Origin: Candidatus Scalindua sp.
GTDB taxonomy: Bacteria; Planctomycetota; Brocadiia; Brocadiales; Scalinduaceae
Length of the DNA: 32,000 bases
Assembly: GCA_021776915.1 (NCBI GenBank)
Contig: JAIQZU010000039.1
Location: forward strand, 89,720 to 121,719
Direction: 5' to 3'
Part shown: positions 23,635 through 32,000 of the stretch, in pieces
How the letters are laid out: each line of letters starts with the position of its first letter
How positions within the stretch are numbered: the stretch's first letter is position 1
The notes under the pieces: generated by a model
The model's database searches: none
Told to the model about the DNA's origin: nothing
The model's input: the letters and a program-made list of their open reading frames with translations, nothing else
Made by a program: the position numbers and the translations under genes

Positions 23635-24981
23635 ATGAAGTTTTTAAAAATTATGAAAATCATACTATCAAGGTTTATCAATTTCATAAAAACCGATATA
23701 TGGAGGATTCGCTTAAAAGACCATCCCGGCAAGAAGATATTCTTTATTAAACAGCTAAGGGTTGTTCTTCTGGCATTTCGCGGATTTTATGAGGACAAAT
23801 GCAGCCTGAGGGCATCGGCCCTTACCTTCTACTCTCTACTTTCAATTGTTCCCGTAGCTGCTCTGGCGTTTGGTATTGCAAAGGGCTTTGGCGCTGACAA
23901 ATCTCTTGAAAAACAGCTTCTGGAGAAATTTCCAGGACAGGAAGAAGTGCTCATACAGGTTACAGGCTTTGCCCGTTCACTTCTTGAAGAAACCAGAGGA
24001 GGAATGATAGCCGGTATTGGTGTGGCGGTTCTTTTCTGGATAGTAATAAAACTGCTAAGCAACATCGAGCATTCATTCAACGATATATGGGGAATAAAAG
24101 AACCGCGAAGCACCGCGAGGAAGATAACTGATTATATTTCCATAATGCTTATTTGTCCTGTTCTTATAATTGTGTCAAGTGGTATTACTGTTTTCATAGT
24201 TACCCAGATAACTCACATAACCGAGCAGTTCGCATTGTTAGGATTTTTCAGTCCCATAATATTTTTCTCATTCAAATTAATACCTTATTGTATCCTCTGC
24301 GGGGTTTTCACATTTATTTACATCTTTATGCCCAACACAAAGGTCAATCTTAAGTCCGGCTTGATAGCAGGCGTGATTGCCGGAACAGCTTATCAGGCTT
24401 TGCAATGGGGATATATTCACTCTCAGGTCGGGGTGGCACACTATAATGCTATTTATGGAAGTTTTGCTGCATTGCCATTGTTCCTGATATGGTTGCAGAT
24501 TAGCTGGCTGATAGTTCTTTTTGGTGCAGAAATCTCTTTTGCCCTTCAGAATATTGATACATATGAGCTCGAGCCTGATTGCGCACGTGTAAGCGCTTCC
24601 TTCAAGAAACTACTCTCTTTACAAACAGCCAATTTACTGATAAAGAATTTTTCCAACGGACACAAACCACTAACCGCAAACCAGATTTCGCACACCCTGG
24701 AAATACCAATTCGCCTGGTACACCAGATACTTTACGAATTAGTCGAGTGTAGAGTTGCTGTTGAAACAAGGACTGAAGAGAATCTAGAGTTCGCATATCA
24801 ACCTGCCCGCACCATTAATGTGCTTACCATAAAATATGTCATTGATGCTTTGGAGCGAAGGGGGACAGATAACATACCCGTTGCACAGACTGAAGAACTA
24901 AAGACGTTATCAGAAACGCTGCAAATATTTAATGATACAATTGAAAAATCCCCCGCAAACAAGCTTTTAAAAGACATATAA
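23635..24981 (+). CDS. yihY: YihY/BrkB-family inner-membrane protein with C-terminal winged-helix-like extension
   Basis: ASALTFYSLLSIVPVAALAFGI, multiple TM helices, YGSFAALPLFLIWLQISWLIVLFGAEISFA. About 120 aa of soluble C-terminal tail. Confidence 0.85.
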   Translation: MKFLKIMKIILSRFINFIKTDIWRIRLKDHPGKKIFFIKQLRVVLLAFRGFYEDKCSLRASALTFYSLLSIVPVAALAFGIAKGFGADKSLEKQLLEKFPGQEEVLIQVTGFARSLLEETRGGMIAGIGVAVLFWIVIKLLSNIEHSFNDIWGIKEPRSTARKITDYISIMLICPVLIIVSSGITVFIVTQITHITEQFALLGFFSPIIFFSFKLIPYCILCGVFTFIYIFMPNTKVNLKSGLIAGVIAGTAYQALQWGYIHSQVGVAHYNAIYGSFAALPLFLIWLQISWLIVLFGAEISFALQNIDTYELEPDCARVSASFKKLLSLQTANLLIKNFSNGHKPLTANQISHTLEIPIRLVHQILYELVECRVAVETRTEENLEFAYQPARTINVLTIKYVIDALERRGTDNIPVAQTEELKTLSETLQIFNDTIEKSPANKLLKDI

Positions 24982-25164
24982 GAAAGCATTTAGCTATAAA
25001 TGGATAATGAAAATGCCTCTCGATATGCTTATTAAGGATGTAATATACTCTCAATTAATAATGAACGGTCTTGAAGGCAAATTCATGTATAGGTAGTAAG
25101 TCCGAGATATTATTGACTCTTTTTCTCTTGAATTGGATATTATTTTGCTTTACAATCCTCCTCA

Positions 25165-25566
25165 ATGGTAGAATGGGACGATAAATATAGCGTGGGGATA
25201 TCAATAATTGATGACGAGCATAAGCAGCTTATTGATATTCTCAACAAGGTTATTTACGCAAAGGAACACAAAGACAATCAAGAAGAAATAAGGAAAATAT
25301 TAAAAGAAATGATTGGCTACGCTCTTACGCATTTTCAAACTGAAGAGAATAGCATGATAAAATTCAATTATCCAGAGTATCAAGACCACAAAGATGAACA
25401 CCACGGTTTTTTCACTAAAACAATTGCTTATGTCGACAAAATGATTGAAGGTGACTTCCAAATAGCAAATGATTTACTGGAATACTTAAAGCAGTGGTTA
25501 GTTAACCATATTCAAGGCACTGATAAAAAATATATCGACTGTTTCAAGAAACATGGATTAAAGTAA
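25165..25566 (+). CDS. bacteriohemerythrin (hemerythrin-like metal-binding protein)
   Basis: WDDKYSVGISIIDDEHKQLIDILN, HFQTEE, YPEYQDHKDEH, WLVNHIQGTDKKY. Confidence 0.85.
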   Translation: MVEWDDKYSVGISIIDDEHKQLIDILNKVIYAKEHKDNQEEIRKILKEMIGYALTHFQTEENSMIKFNYPEYQDHKDEHHGFFTKTIAYVDKMIEGDFQIANDLLEYLKQWLVNHIQGTDKKYIDCFKKHGLK

Positions 25567-25569
25567 ATT

Positions 25570-25587
25570 CCTGAAAATTATTTCAGG
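25570..25587. terminator. short hairpin in the 26-bp gap between convergent genes (CCTGAAA-atta-TTTCAGG)
   Basis: Perfect 7-bp stem read directly. Only a weak T-rich flank (AATTTACTT on the minus strand). Confidence 0.35.
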
Positions 25588-25592
25588 GGCAA

Positions 25593-27620
25593 CTATTTCG
25601 CATCAAGTTGACAAACCCAATCCCATCCCGGTGCAGGCTCCATTTGTTTATTCTCTTTACACCTCTGAATATACAGCTTTGCCGGTTTGTCTTCCGGTTC
25701 CAAACGCAAGACCTGCATAAATAAGGAACTTGCTTCTTCCCATTGACGATCACGATAAGCATAAAGACCTGCTTCAAAATATTCAAGAAGAGTTGTTTTC
25801 TCTCCGTCAATTTTACCTTTTTCTGCCACAAGCTCGAATATTTTAACAGGCTTTTTTTTGCCTACCACCCGAATGATGTCTAATTCCCTTGTAATCAGTG
25901 TATCCTTTATATGCAAATGGGTTCTTTCTGAAATGATAATCTGAGTACCATAATGCTTATTCGCCCCTTCCAGCCGGCTTGCAAGATTGACATCATCTCC
26001 AATAATAGTATATTCGAAACGGGAAGATGATCCTATATTTCCAACAACCACCTCTCCCGTGTTGAGACCAAAACGGTAAGTTCTGGGAGGATATCCGAAC
26101 GCAACCCACATTTTCTCTAAATAATTTAAAAACCCCTTACACCTGAGCGCTGCTTTACAAGCAAGCAAAGCATGGTTCTCCTGAGGAATGGGCGCCCCCC
26201 AAAAAGCAAGGATACTGTCACCTTGAAATTTATTAATAGTCCCATCATATTCCAGGATGGCAGTAGTCATTCCACGGAAGTATGTGTTGAGATCTCTAAC
26301 CACATCTTCTGGTTGATGCAATTCGCATAGATGTGTAAAATCTCCAATATCCGTAAAAAAAATGGTCAAGCATTTTCTCTCCCCCCCAAGGCGAAGCATA
26401 TCAGGATTTTTGATAATTTCTGCCGCCACATTAGGAGAAACATAACGCTCAAAGGTACTCTTAATAAAATCCCGTTCCTTAAGTCCTGTTACCATACCAT
26501 TAAAAGCATCCCCAAGGTGTTCTAATTCATCTCCTGTACGTATATCGACCTTCGTTTCCAGTCTGCCCTTACCGATTTCTTTTGCCGCCAGAGCCAGTTT
26601 CTTTACAGGCCTTGTGATACCTCTCGATAGAAAGAAGCTGAAACCAATGGCAACAAGAAGAATGATGCCCCCCACAGAAAGGAGGGTTATGCGAAGTTTT
26701 GATACAAATTTGAGTTCCTCCGTGAGGGATTTAAGAACAATGAAACCACCTTCTTCTACACGTGCCTTCGCAAGTATTGGAATAGGCATGGATAAGAATT
26801 TTTCATTTTCGAGAATGGTTTCATGAATATCTCGATCATTCTCATAATCTAGAGATTTTATGAAAGTAGTGAGTGCTTGCATCTGTGCCGCTGGCAAGGT
26901 AGAAACATGAACACCTTCAACTGAATAGAGCGCCAAATCTACCCCGGAAATACTCTTAATACGTGAAAGGGTATCTTTGTCAATGCGGTTTCCACAGATC
27001 ACTACACCATGGATTTCGTCTCTAAATATTATTGGTTTTGCAATCACCTGATAAACAGCATCTCTCTCTTCAGTTGGAATAAGGAAATAATTCTTTTCTT
27101 GCATATGTGCATACCATACATCGGTTGCCATACCATTTTCTGCCAGTTCTTCAAATAAACGAAGACTGGTCAAGTCATCCCCAAATCTCTCCGGAGATGC
27201 CTTTGAGAAGAGCAATTTACCTTCCGCATTGGTCACAATAAAGATGTCTGTTTCTGTGTACATGGAAAGAAAGGGAAGAATCGAGTACAGCCTTAGATAT
27301 GCTTCTTTCAGGAGTACACCTTCTTTACCAGCCTCACCAAAGCCCATGTCATCGCCACTTACTGAAGAGGTCGAAAGGATCGACCGAAAATGTGCATTGC
27401 TGACAGTAAGATTATTTATGGCATCAATGGCAAATTTTGCCCTCAATTTTTGAAGGTGCCTGAGGGCTACACGAGTACTTTCAAATCTAGCCTTGATATT
27501 CTCCTGTATACGTTTTTTAGTGGTTTCCTGAAGGATGAATAAGAGGCTCATCGTTGAGAGGCAAACCACTGCTCCCAGCACTATGAATAATTTGGTGTGA
27601 AAATTAATCTTGATCTTCAT
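25593..27620 (-). CDS. membrane sensor class III adenylate/guanylate cyclase (periplasmic sensor, TM, HAMP, cyclase, TPR-like tail)
   Basis: HAMP-like RPVKKLALAAKEIGKGRLETKVDIRTGDELEHLGDAFNGM. Cyclase core TIFFTDIGDFTHL, KFQGDSILAFWGAP, GLNTGEVVVGNIGS, YTIIGDDVNLASRLEG. Start placed at MKIKINF (27620), just before the first TM helix; the track start is 27680. Confidence 0.85.
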   Translation of the reverse strand: MKIKINFHTKLFIVLGAVVCLSTMSLLFILQETTKKRIQENIKARFESTRVALRHLQKLRAKFAIDAINNLTVSNAHFRSILSTSSVSGDDMGFGEAGKEGVLLKEAYLRLYSILPFLSMYTETDIFIVTNAEGKLLFSKASPERFGDDLTSLRLFEELAENGMATDVWYAHMQEKNYFLIPTEERDAVYQVIAKPIIFRDEIHGVVICGNRIDKDTLSRIKSISGVDLALYSVEGVHVSTLPAAQMQALTTFIKSLDYENDRDIHETILENEKFLSMPIPILAKARVEEGGFIVLKSLTEELKFVSKLRITLLSVGGIILLVAIGFSFFLSRGITRPVKKLALAAKEIGKGRLETKVDIRTGDELEHLGDAFNGMVTGLKERDFIKSTFERYVSPNVAAEIIKNPDMLRLGGERKCLTIFFTDIGDFTHLCELHQPEDVVRDLNTYFRGMTTAILEYDGTINKFQGDSILAFWGAPIPQENHALLACKAALRCKGFLNYLEKMWVAFGYPPRTYRFGLNTGEVVVGNIGSSSRFEYTIIGDDVNLASRLEGANKHYGTQIIISERTHLHIKDTLITRELDIIRVVGKKKPVKIFELVAEKGKIDGEKTTLLEYFEAGLYAYRDRQWEEASSLFMQVLRLEPEDKPAKLYIQRCKENKQMEPAPGWDWVCQLDAK

Positions 27621-27710
27621 ATATGCAGCAACCCCCTGGAAATCAACAAAACTATGCGGCCAACTTACGGAGAATTGCATAACACTCAGTTAATAGACTG
27701 TGCCTACTAT

Positions 27711-28442
27711 TTACAGGTCAGTTGCCTTATACTCTACCTCTGGGGGATATTCTGAACCATCCTTCCGATTATGAGGCTTCATTTTAAGGACCTCTTCTAT
27801 TTCCAAATGTATTTCCGTTTTCTGCCCGGGCTGAACGACGATTTCCTGACTGACCCGTTTCGCCTGAGGTAACCATGCATTGATATTGTAAGTACCGGGA
27901 GGTACGTTCCCTATTTGAAATGTACCATCTTTATCAGTCATGGCATAGGCATTATTCTCTAAGACGACTACATAAGTAATCATTTCTGGATGGATATTAC
28001 AAAAAATTGGTATAAGGCCGGGTTTTTCGAAAGTCACCAATTTCGGTGGTTCTTCTCCTTTATATTGTCCAAGATCAAAAGACTTTACAGGGGATATGGA
28101 GAAGACGTTGTGGTATATATTATCACGATTTGGAAACCGAACCTCTTGCCCGGCTACTACTGGCAGGATATCAGGAGAAAATTTTTTGTCTTTTTGCACA
28201 ATGTCCGGGACTTCTTCAGGCGCCTCATTTTTAAAACCTATGATATAAACGACCACTCCGCTCATGTCTTTCTTCTTCTTAGTTCCCCCAAAAAGCTTTT
28301 TTTGAAAAACAGTAATATCTCCAGTTACATGACCCATATTTGGAGATCCATAGCTCACCGAAGCAAAAACAAAAAGTATCACCAGAAAAGGAACAATTGC
28401 TATTACACGGACAGAAAAAATACTTCTAGAAAAGAAATTCAT
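27711..28442 (-). CDS. secreted cupredoxin-like plus carboxypeptidase-regulatory-like (Ig-like) domain protein
   Basis: Signal peptide. FPNRDNIYHNVFS...FCNIHPEM (His...Cys-x2-His-x2-Met, cupredoxin-like ligand spacing). DKDGTFQIGNVPPGTYNINAW. GGAGG SD. Confidence 0.6.
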   Translation of the reverse strand: MNFFSRSIFSVRVIAIVPFLVILFVFASVSYGSPNMGHVTGDITVFQKKLFGGTKKKKDMSGVVVYIIGFKNEAPEEVPDIVQKDKKFSPDILPVVAGQEVRFPNRDNIYHNVFSISPVKSFDLGQYKGEEPPKLVTFEKPGLIPIFCNIHPEMITYVVVLENNAYAMTDKDGTFQIGNVPPGTYNINAWLPQAKRVSQEIVVQPGQKTEIHLEIEEVLKMKPHNRKDGSEYPPEVEYKATDL

Positions 28443-28714
28443 AAGTCCTCCTTCACAAAAAAGTTTTGATTTTAAGGAAAGCTAATACTGAACATAAGCA
28501 TTTTGTGCGGATTGCAGTATTGAAATACCGAAAAAATGAAGTAATAGACTCGTTTGCTTCTAAATTGTAAAAACCAAAACCACTATTTGAGGGGTTATAG
28601 TGTGTGGCATGAAAACTAGTAGATTGTGTAATTCTAGTCATTATAATAGTGATGTTAAGTATTGAAATCAAGTTTAAAATAATAATTGGCTCAAACCTGA
28701 AGAAACATCTTTAT

Positions 28715-30253
28715 ATGATTAAATGCAAACTAACCATTATTATTATTTTGTTACTTTTCACATTCTCCGGATGTCTGGCCAGATATGGGGAAGGCAGGCT
28801 TGAGCAGCTACTTCTATCAATAAATGATTTAGAAGAGGACAGCGAAGAATTGACTGAAGAGAAGATCAAGGAGAAGCTCGGTAAACCGGGATTATTAAAG
28901 CCCATTTATGAACGTAATCTCAACTCTTCTTCTTTATATAATCTTAAAAAAGACTCTGGTGTTTTATTAATACCCAATCGCACAGACCTATATGATGACA
29001 TGCTGACAGCCGTCAAGAAAAAAAGATCAAGCAGTATTAAACTGCTCTCTTATGTTTATGACAGAAGGGGATCCCTGGAACTCTCTTCCCTGACGTTTTA
29101 CATAGAAAGCTTTGAAGGCATAGCGCAAGATGAACCTAAGGTATTTGGATGGGATTATGTGAAATATGGCAACAAGAACAACTCCAAAAGAAGCAGACAG
29201 TCTTATATTAATTATAAGATTAAGAAGCCCACAGATTACTTGAGAATACCATATACATTCTTGGTAGACACAGTTATCGGACTTAAGCAATTTGCAGGTG
29301 AGATTATCAAGTCTCCAATTTCTTTTATTGAAACAGAATTATACAAGAATATATTTGTTGAGAGAAAGATACCGTTTTATAAGTTTGAAGGTTTTAAAGC
29401 CGCCGGCGAAGACTGGCGGAATGGGTTTACTGCACTTATATATAGACACAGGATTGATGGGAATCAGGGAATAGTTGAGACAACTCAGAATTTGTTGGGA
29501 GAAATCCCGCTTATGGGTTCGCTTCTTGATCAATGGCACACGAATGATAGCGGCACTGCAAATAGACTGTTTCTGACAAGGGGCATTTACGGCGGTAATG
29601 ACTCTGCCCAGAATACGGCCTTATGGGCTCACTATCTAACAAACCCGTCAGAGGTATATTCGCCAGATCTGTCCACCAATCAAACGGGTAGTCTCACTCC
29701 GAAAGAAACAAACCGAGTAGATAAAAAAGAGAACAACAATCCTTATGTAAAAGTAATACCCTATAGATATGGAGGCGGCGTTGACGTTTTATGGGCTTTG
29801 CTTAATATATCACATGGTTATGCCTACGATATGGCGTCAGAGATTATCTCTAAACATGATGTAAATCCGGGTGATTCTATTCACTTAAGTGGACACAGCG
29901 GAGGCGTTCAAAGAAATATTGCGGCAGCGAGGATTCTCAATGATGATGGTATTAAGGTAGAAAAGATTTACGGGATTGCGGGCCCTGCACTGGGCTACGC
30001 TCCATCCATGAAAACAAAGGTGGTGCTGAATAGCAAATTCATGGATGATCCGGTCTCCGAAATATCTCGATTCCTGAGATATATTACATTAGATTTATTA
30101 GCATTAAACATAGATTGGAACGACGATAAGTGCGAAGGCAGCCGTAAAGAAGATGGATTTTATAAACATATAACGCCCGGGTTTGTTGATGGAAGAACGA
30201 GATTAAAGTATGACGGCTATTTAAATGCCTGTTTGAAAGATTTCTTCAAGTAA
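28715..30253 (+). CDS. hypothetical lipoprotein with serine-hydrolase-like GHSGG elbow
   Basis: Lipobox LLFTFSGC after MIKCKLTIIIILL. HLSGHSGGVQRN lies near the C-terminal third. The track ORF begins earlier, at GTG 28649. Confidence 0.6.
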   Translation: MIKCKLTIIIILLLFTFSGCLARYGEGRLEQLLLSINDLEEDSEELTEEKIKEKLGKPGLLKPIYERNLNSSSLYNLKKDSGVLLIPNRTDLYDDMLTAVKKKRSSSIKLLSYVYDRRGSLELSSLTFYIESFEGIAQDEPKVFGWDYVKYGNKNNSKRSRQSYINYKIKKPTDYLRIPYTFLVDTVIGLKQFAGEIIKSPISFIETELYKNIFVERKIPFYKFEGFKAAGEDWRNGFTALIYRHRIDGNQGIVETTQNLLGEIPLMGSLLDQWHTNDSGTANRLFLTRGIYGGNDSAQNTALWAHYLTNPSEVYSPDLSTNQTGSLTPKETNRVDKKENNNPYVKVIPYRYGGGVDVLWALLNISHGYAYDMASEIISKHDVNPGDSIHLSGHSGGVQRNIAAARILNDDGIKVEKIYGIAGPALGYAPSMKTKVVLNSKFMDDPVSEISRFLRYITLDLLALNIDWNDDKCEGSRKEDGFYKHITPGFVDGRTRLKYDGYLNACLKDFFK

Positions 30254-30256
30254 TCT

Positions 30257-30285
30257 TTGAAACAATTAACAAGCCATAGTATAAT
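30257..30285 (+). promoter_or_regulatory. candidate sigma70-type promoter (TTGAAA-17-TATAAT)
   Basis: TTGAAA at 30257-30262, a 17-nt spacer, and consensus TATAAT at 30280-30285, about 40 nt upstream of the ATG at 30325. Confidence 0.45.
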
Positions 30286-30324
30286 GCAGATTCGCAAAAT
30301 CTTAAGCAAACCCATTAAAATAAC

Positions 30325-31113
30325 ATGAAAAGATTAATAAATATTATAGCCTTTGCAATTCTGGCTCTCCAGGTATTTATAATAAATAACCAAAAAGATA
30401 TTCTTGCGGAAGTTGTTGTAGTTCACGCAAATGAAGCATGGCAAAGAACAGACATAATCTTAAAGAGTAATCATACTATTAAGTGGCAGGTAAAAGAGAA
30501 TGATTACTGGAGCTTTAATACTGCAATGTTTCCTGAAGGCCATGATGTTGATGGAATACCTGTGCCTGCCTTAGAAAGCTACGCATTGCCGGGCGAAAAT
30601 ATAGGGATGCTTCTTGCCAAGACAGGTGAAGACCGGATTATTTCAATGGGGCTGTCCGGTTCAGATTGTGTCAGACCTGACGAGGGAGGAAATTATTTAT
30701 ATTTAACCATTAATGATGATTTGCTGGGCATATTTGGAGAAGGATTCAAGGACAATAATGGTGAAATACTGGTTACGATAACACAGATCCCAAGAAGGGT
30801 GGCGAAAATAGGCATTTTGTTTATTGAGGGTTGCCCCGGAGTCTTGCCTACCGCAAAGTATATTAATGAAGTTATTACTGAGGAGGATATCGATGTAGAA
30901 ATAAGTTTAATTCTAATTGAAACAGAAGGAGATGCACGTCAACTACATTTTACCGGTTCTCCCACTGTGAGAATTAATGGAGCAGACATAGAAACTAATA
31001 TTAAAAATATTAAAGATTATGCCTTAAGAAGCCGTTTATATACTATCGATGGCAGGAAGTCAGGTTGCCCCTCTAAGGATATGATTAGAGATGCAATTAA
31101 AAAGATAAAATAA
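30325..31113 (+). CDS. secreted two-domain protein: LecA/PA-IL-like beta-sandwich plus thioredoxin-fold-like C-terminal domain
   Basis: Signal peptide. GMLLAKTGEDRIISMG and GNYLYLTINDD...FKDNNGEILVTI resemble the PA-IL lectin pattern. The C-terminal IEGCPG...FTGSPTVRINGADIE resembles small thioredoxin-fold proteins. Both are recalled patterns, not searched. Confidence 0.5.
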   Translation: MKRLINIIAFAILALQVFIINNQKDILAEVVVVHANEAWQRTDIILKSNHTIKWQVKENDYWSFNTAMFPEGHDVDGIPVPALESYALPGENIGMLLAKTGEDRIISMGLSGSDCVRPDEGGNYLYLTINDDLLGIFGEGFKDNNGEILVTITQIPRRVAKIGILFIEGCPGVLPTAKYINEVITEEDIDVEISLILIETEGDARQLHFTGSPTVRINGADIETNIKNIKDYALRSRLYTIDGRKSGCPSKDMIRDAIKKIK

Positions 31114-31154
31114 ACATTGTTACTTTTTTAGAATTTTTTTTCGAGAACGGTATA

Positions 31155-31775
31155 ATGATAATCAAGAATGTTGTAGTTGGCCCTTTAGATGTAAATTGTT
31201 ATATATTGGGATGTGAAGATACAAAGGTAGCGGCTATTATCGACCCTGGTGACAATGCAGATGAGATTATTAAAGTCATAGACAAGGAAGGCCTCAAGCC
31301 CGGATTTATCATAAATACTCATGCACATTTTGACCATATAGGTGGCGTGAAAGCTATACAGGATCATTACAAGATAGATTTTTTCCTGCATAAAGAAGAT
31401 TTATTTCTTGTTGAAAATGCCAGTGAACAGGCTACTGCTTTTGGACTTAGCCCCATTCCAAAACCTGATGTTAACAAATTTGTCAATAACGGAGATAAGA
31501 TTTCTTTGGGTGACAAAGTTATCAATGTCATTCATACACCCGGACATTCACCAGGCGGTACCTGCTATCACGTAGATAACAATGTCTTTGTTGGAGACAC
31601 CATGTTTGCCGGCTCTATCGGGAGGACAGACTTGCCGGGGGGTTCGTACGAAACACTGATAAATTCAATAAAAGAAAGGCTTTTCCCTCTGGGTGACAGC
31701 ACTGCAGTATATCCAGGACATGGCCCTTCAACAACCATAGGAAACGAAAGGGAGCATAACCCATTCTTAACTTAA
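31155..31775 (+). CDS. MBL-fold metallo-hydrolase (glyoxalase II-like)
   Basis: NCYILG, THAHFDHIGG (HxHxDH), HTPGHSPGG, GDTMFAGSIGRTDLPGG. Confidence 0.85.
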   Translation: MIIKNVVVGPLDVNCYILGCEDTKVAAIIDPGDNADEIIKVIDKEGLKPGFIINTHAHFDHIGGVKAIQDHYKIDFFLHKEDLFLVENASEQATAFGLSPIPKPDVNKFVNNGDKISLGDKVINVIHTPGHSPGGTCYHVDNNVFVGDTMFAGSIGRTDLPGGSYETLINSIKERLFPLGDSTAVYPGHGPSTTIGNEREHNPFLT

Positions 31776-31794
31776 AAAAATGGAGGATACATCT

Positions 31795-32000
31795 ATGAAA
31801 AAGATTGGTGTTTTAACAGGTGGAGGAGACTGTCCTGGATTAAATGCGACAATCCGTGCAGTTGTTAGAAAAGGCATAAAAGACTACAACTACAAAATGT
31901 ATGGTATATTGGAAGGATGGAAAGGTTTAATAGATGGAAACATTAAAGAACTCGACATGAATAGTGTATCAGGAATACTTCCCAGGGGAGGTACTATAAT
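31795..32000 (+). CDS. pfkA: 6-phosphofructokinase (ATP- or PPi-dependent), 5' part only, runs off the window
   Basis: Own translation from ATG 31795 behind GGAGG: MKKIGVLTGGGDCPGLNATIRAVVRKG...ILPRGGTII, the canonical PFK N-terminal signature. Confidence 0.85.
   Translation, partial: MKKIGVLTGGGDCPGLNATIRAVVRKGIKDYNYKMYGILEGWKGLIDGNIKELDMNSVSGILPRGGTI

Noticed and set aside
25583-25831. 82-aa minus-strand ORF overlapping the cyclase 3' end in another frame
   Set aside because: It is fully nested in the cyclase gene's C-terminal TPR-like region. No independent support.
28649-28714. GTG-initiated 22-codon extension of the lipoprotein ORF
   Set aside because: ATG 28715 begins a canonical lipoprotein signal peptide (MIKCKLTIIIILLLFTFSGC), and the extension adds a non-signal-like peptide in front of it.
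31151-31156. TATAAT hexamer overlapping the MBL hydrolase start codon
   Set aside because: A -10 box here would place the TSS inside the coding sequence, so the match is coincidental in AT-rich DNA.
1-32000. Search for CRISPR arrays, rRNA, tRNA, integrase/transposase genes and long (over 30 bp) dispersed repeats
   Set aside because: None was recognised by eye. Only short REP-like palindromes were found. A proper repeat and ncRNA scan (Infernal, tRNAscan, self-dotplot) is needed to be certain.

Overview
AT-rich bacterial chromosomal window with about 30 supportable protein genes, no rRNA, tRNA or CRISPR, and several families of short palindromic repeats. Four blocks stand out. (1) 2029-8249 (-) is a tightly packed six-gene operon: dedicated ACP, FabZ-like dehydratase, a catalytic ketosynthase, a ketosynthase-like protein lacking the whole Cys-His-His triad, a CrtI/phytoene-desaturase-like flavoenzyme, and a B12-binding radical SAM enzyme. 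From memory, this gene set was proposed by comparative genomics as the ladderane-lipid cluster of anammox Planctomycetes, and its chemistry has never been demonstrated. It is the best candidate here for an undescribed biochemical system. (2) 8814-10233 (+) is an orphan ParA/Soj ATPase followed by a non-ParB partner that is acidic, internally repeated and membrane-anchored. (3) 13579-15586 (-) is an overlapping GH99-like/WbsX plus radical SAM/SPASM-like pair in a patch that looks more GC-rich by eye. (4) 15716-22340 (-) is an island that looks more AT-rich by eye and is defence-like. It holds a ParE/RelE toxin-antitoxin pair, an unknown membrane-anchored protein, a 1061-aa single-chain type IIG restriction-modification enzyme, an 85-aa ORF and a 514-aa protein with a DUF4365-like PD-(D/E)xK nuclease head and an uncharacterised body. 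The rest is housekeeping or signalling: Zn-ADH plus class I aldolase, YjbQ, YihY, hemerythrin, a HAMP-class III nucleotide cyclase, a cupredoxin-like protein, a lipoprotein, an MBL hydrolase and the 5' end of a phosphofructokinase. All functional calls rest on motifs read from the supplied translations and on recalled family knowledge. No database search was possible.
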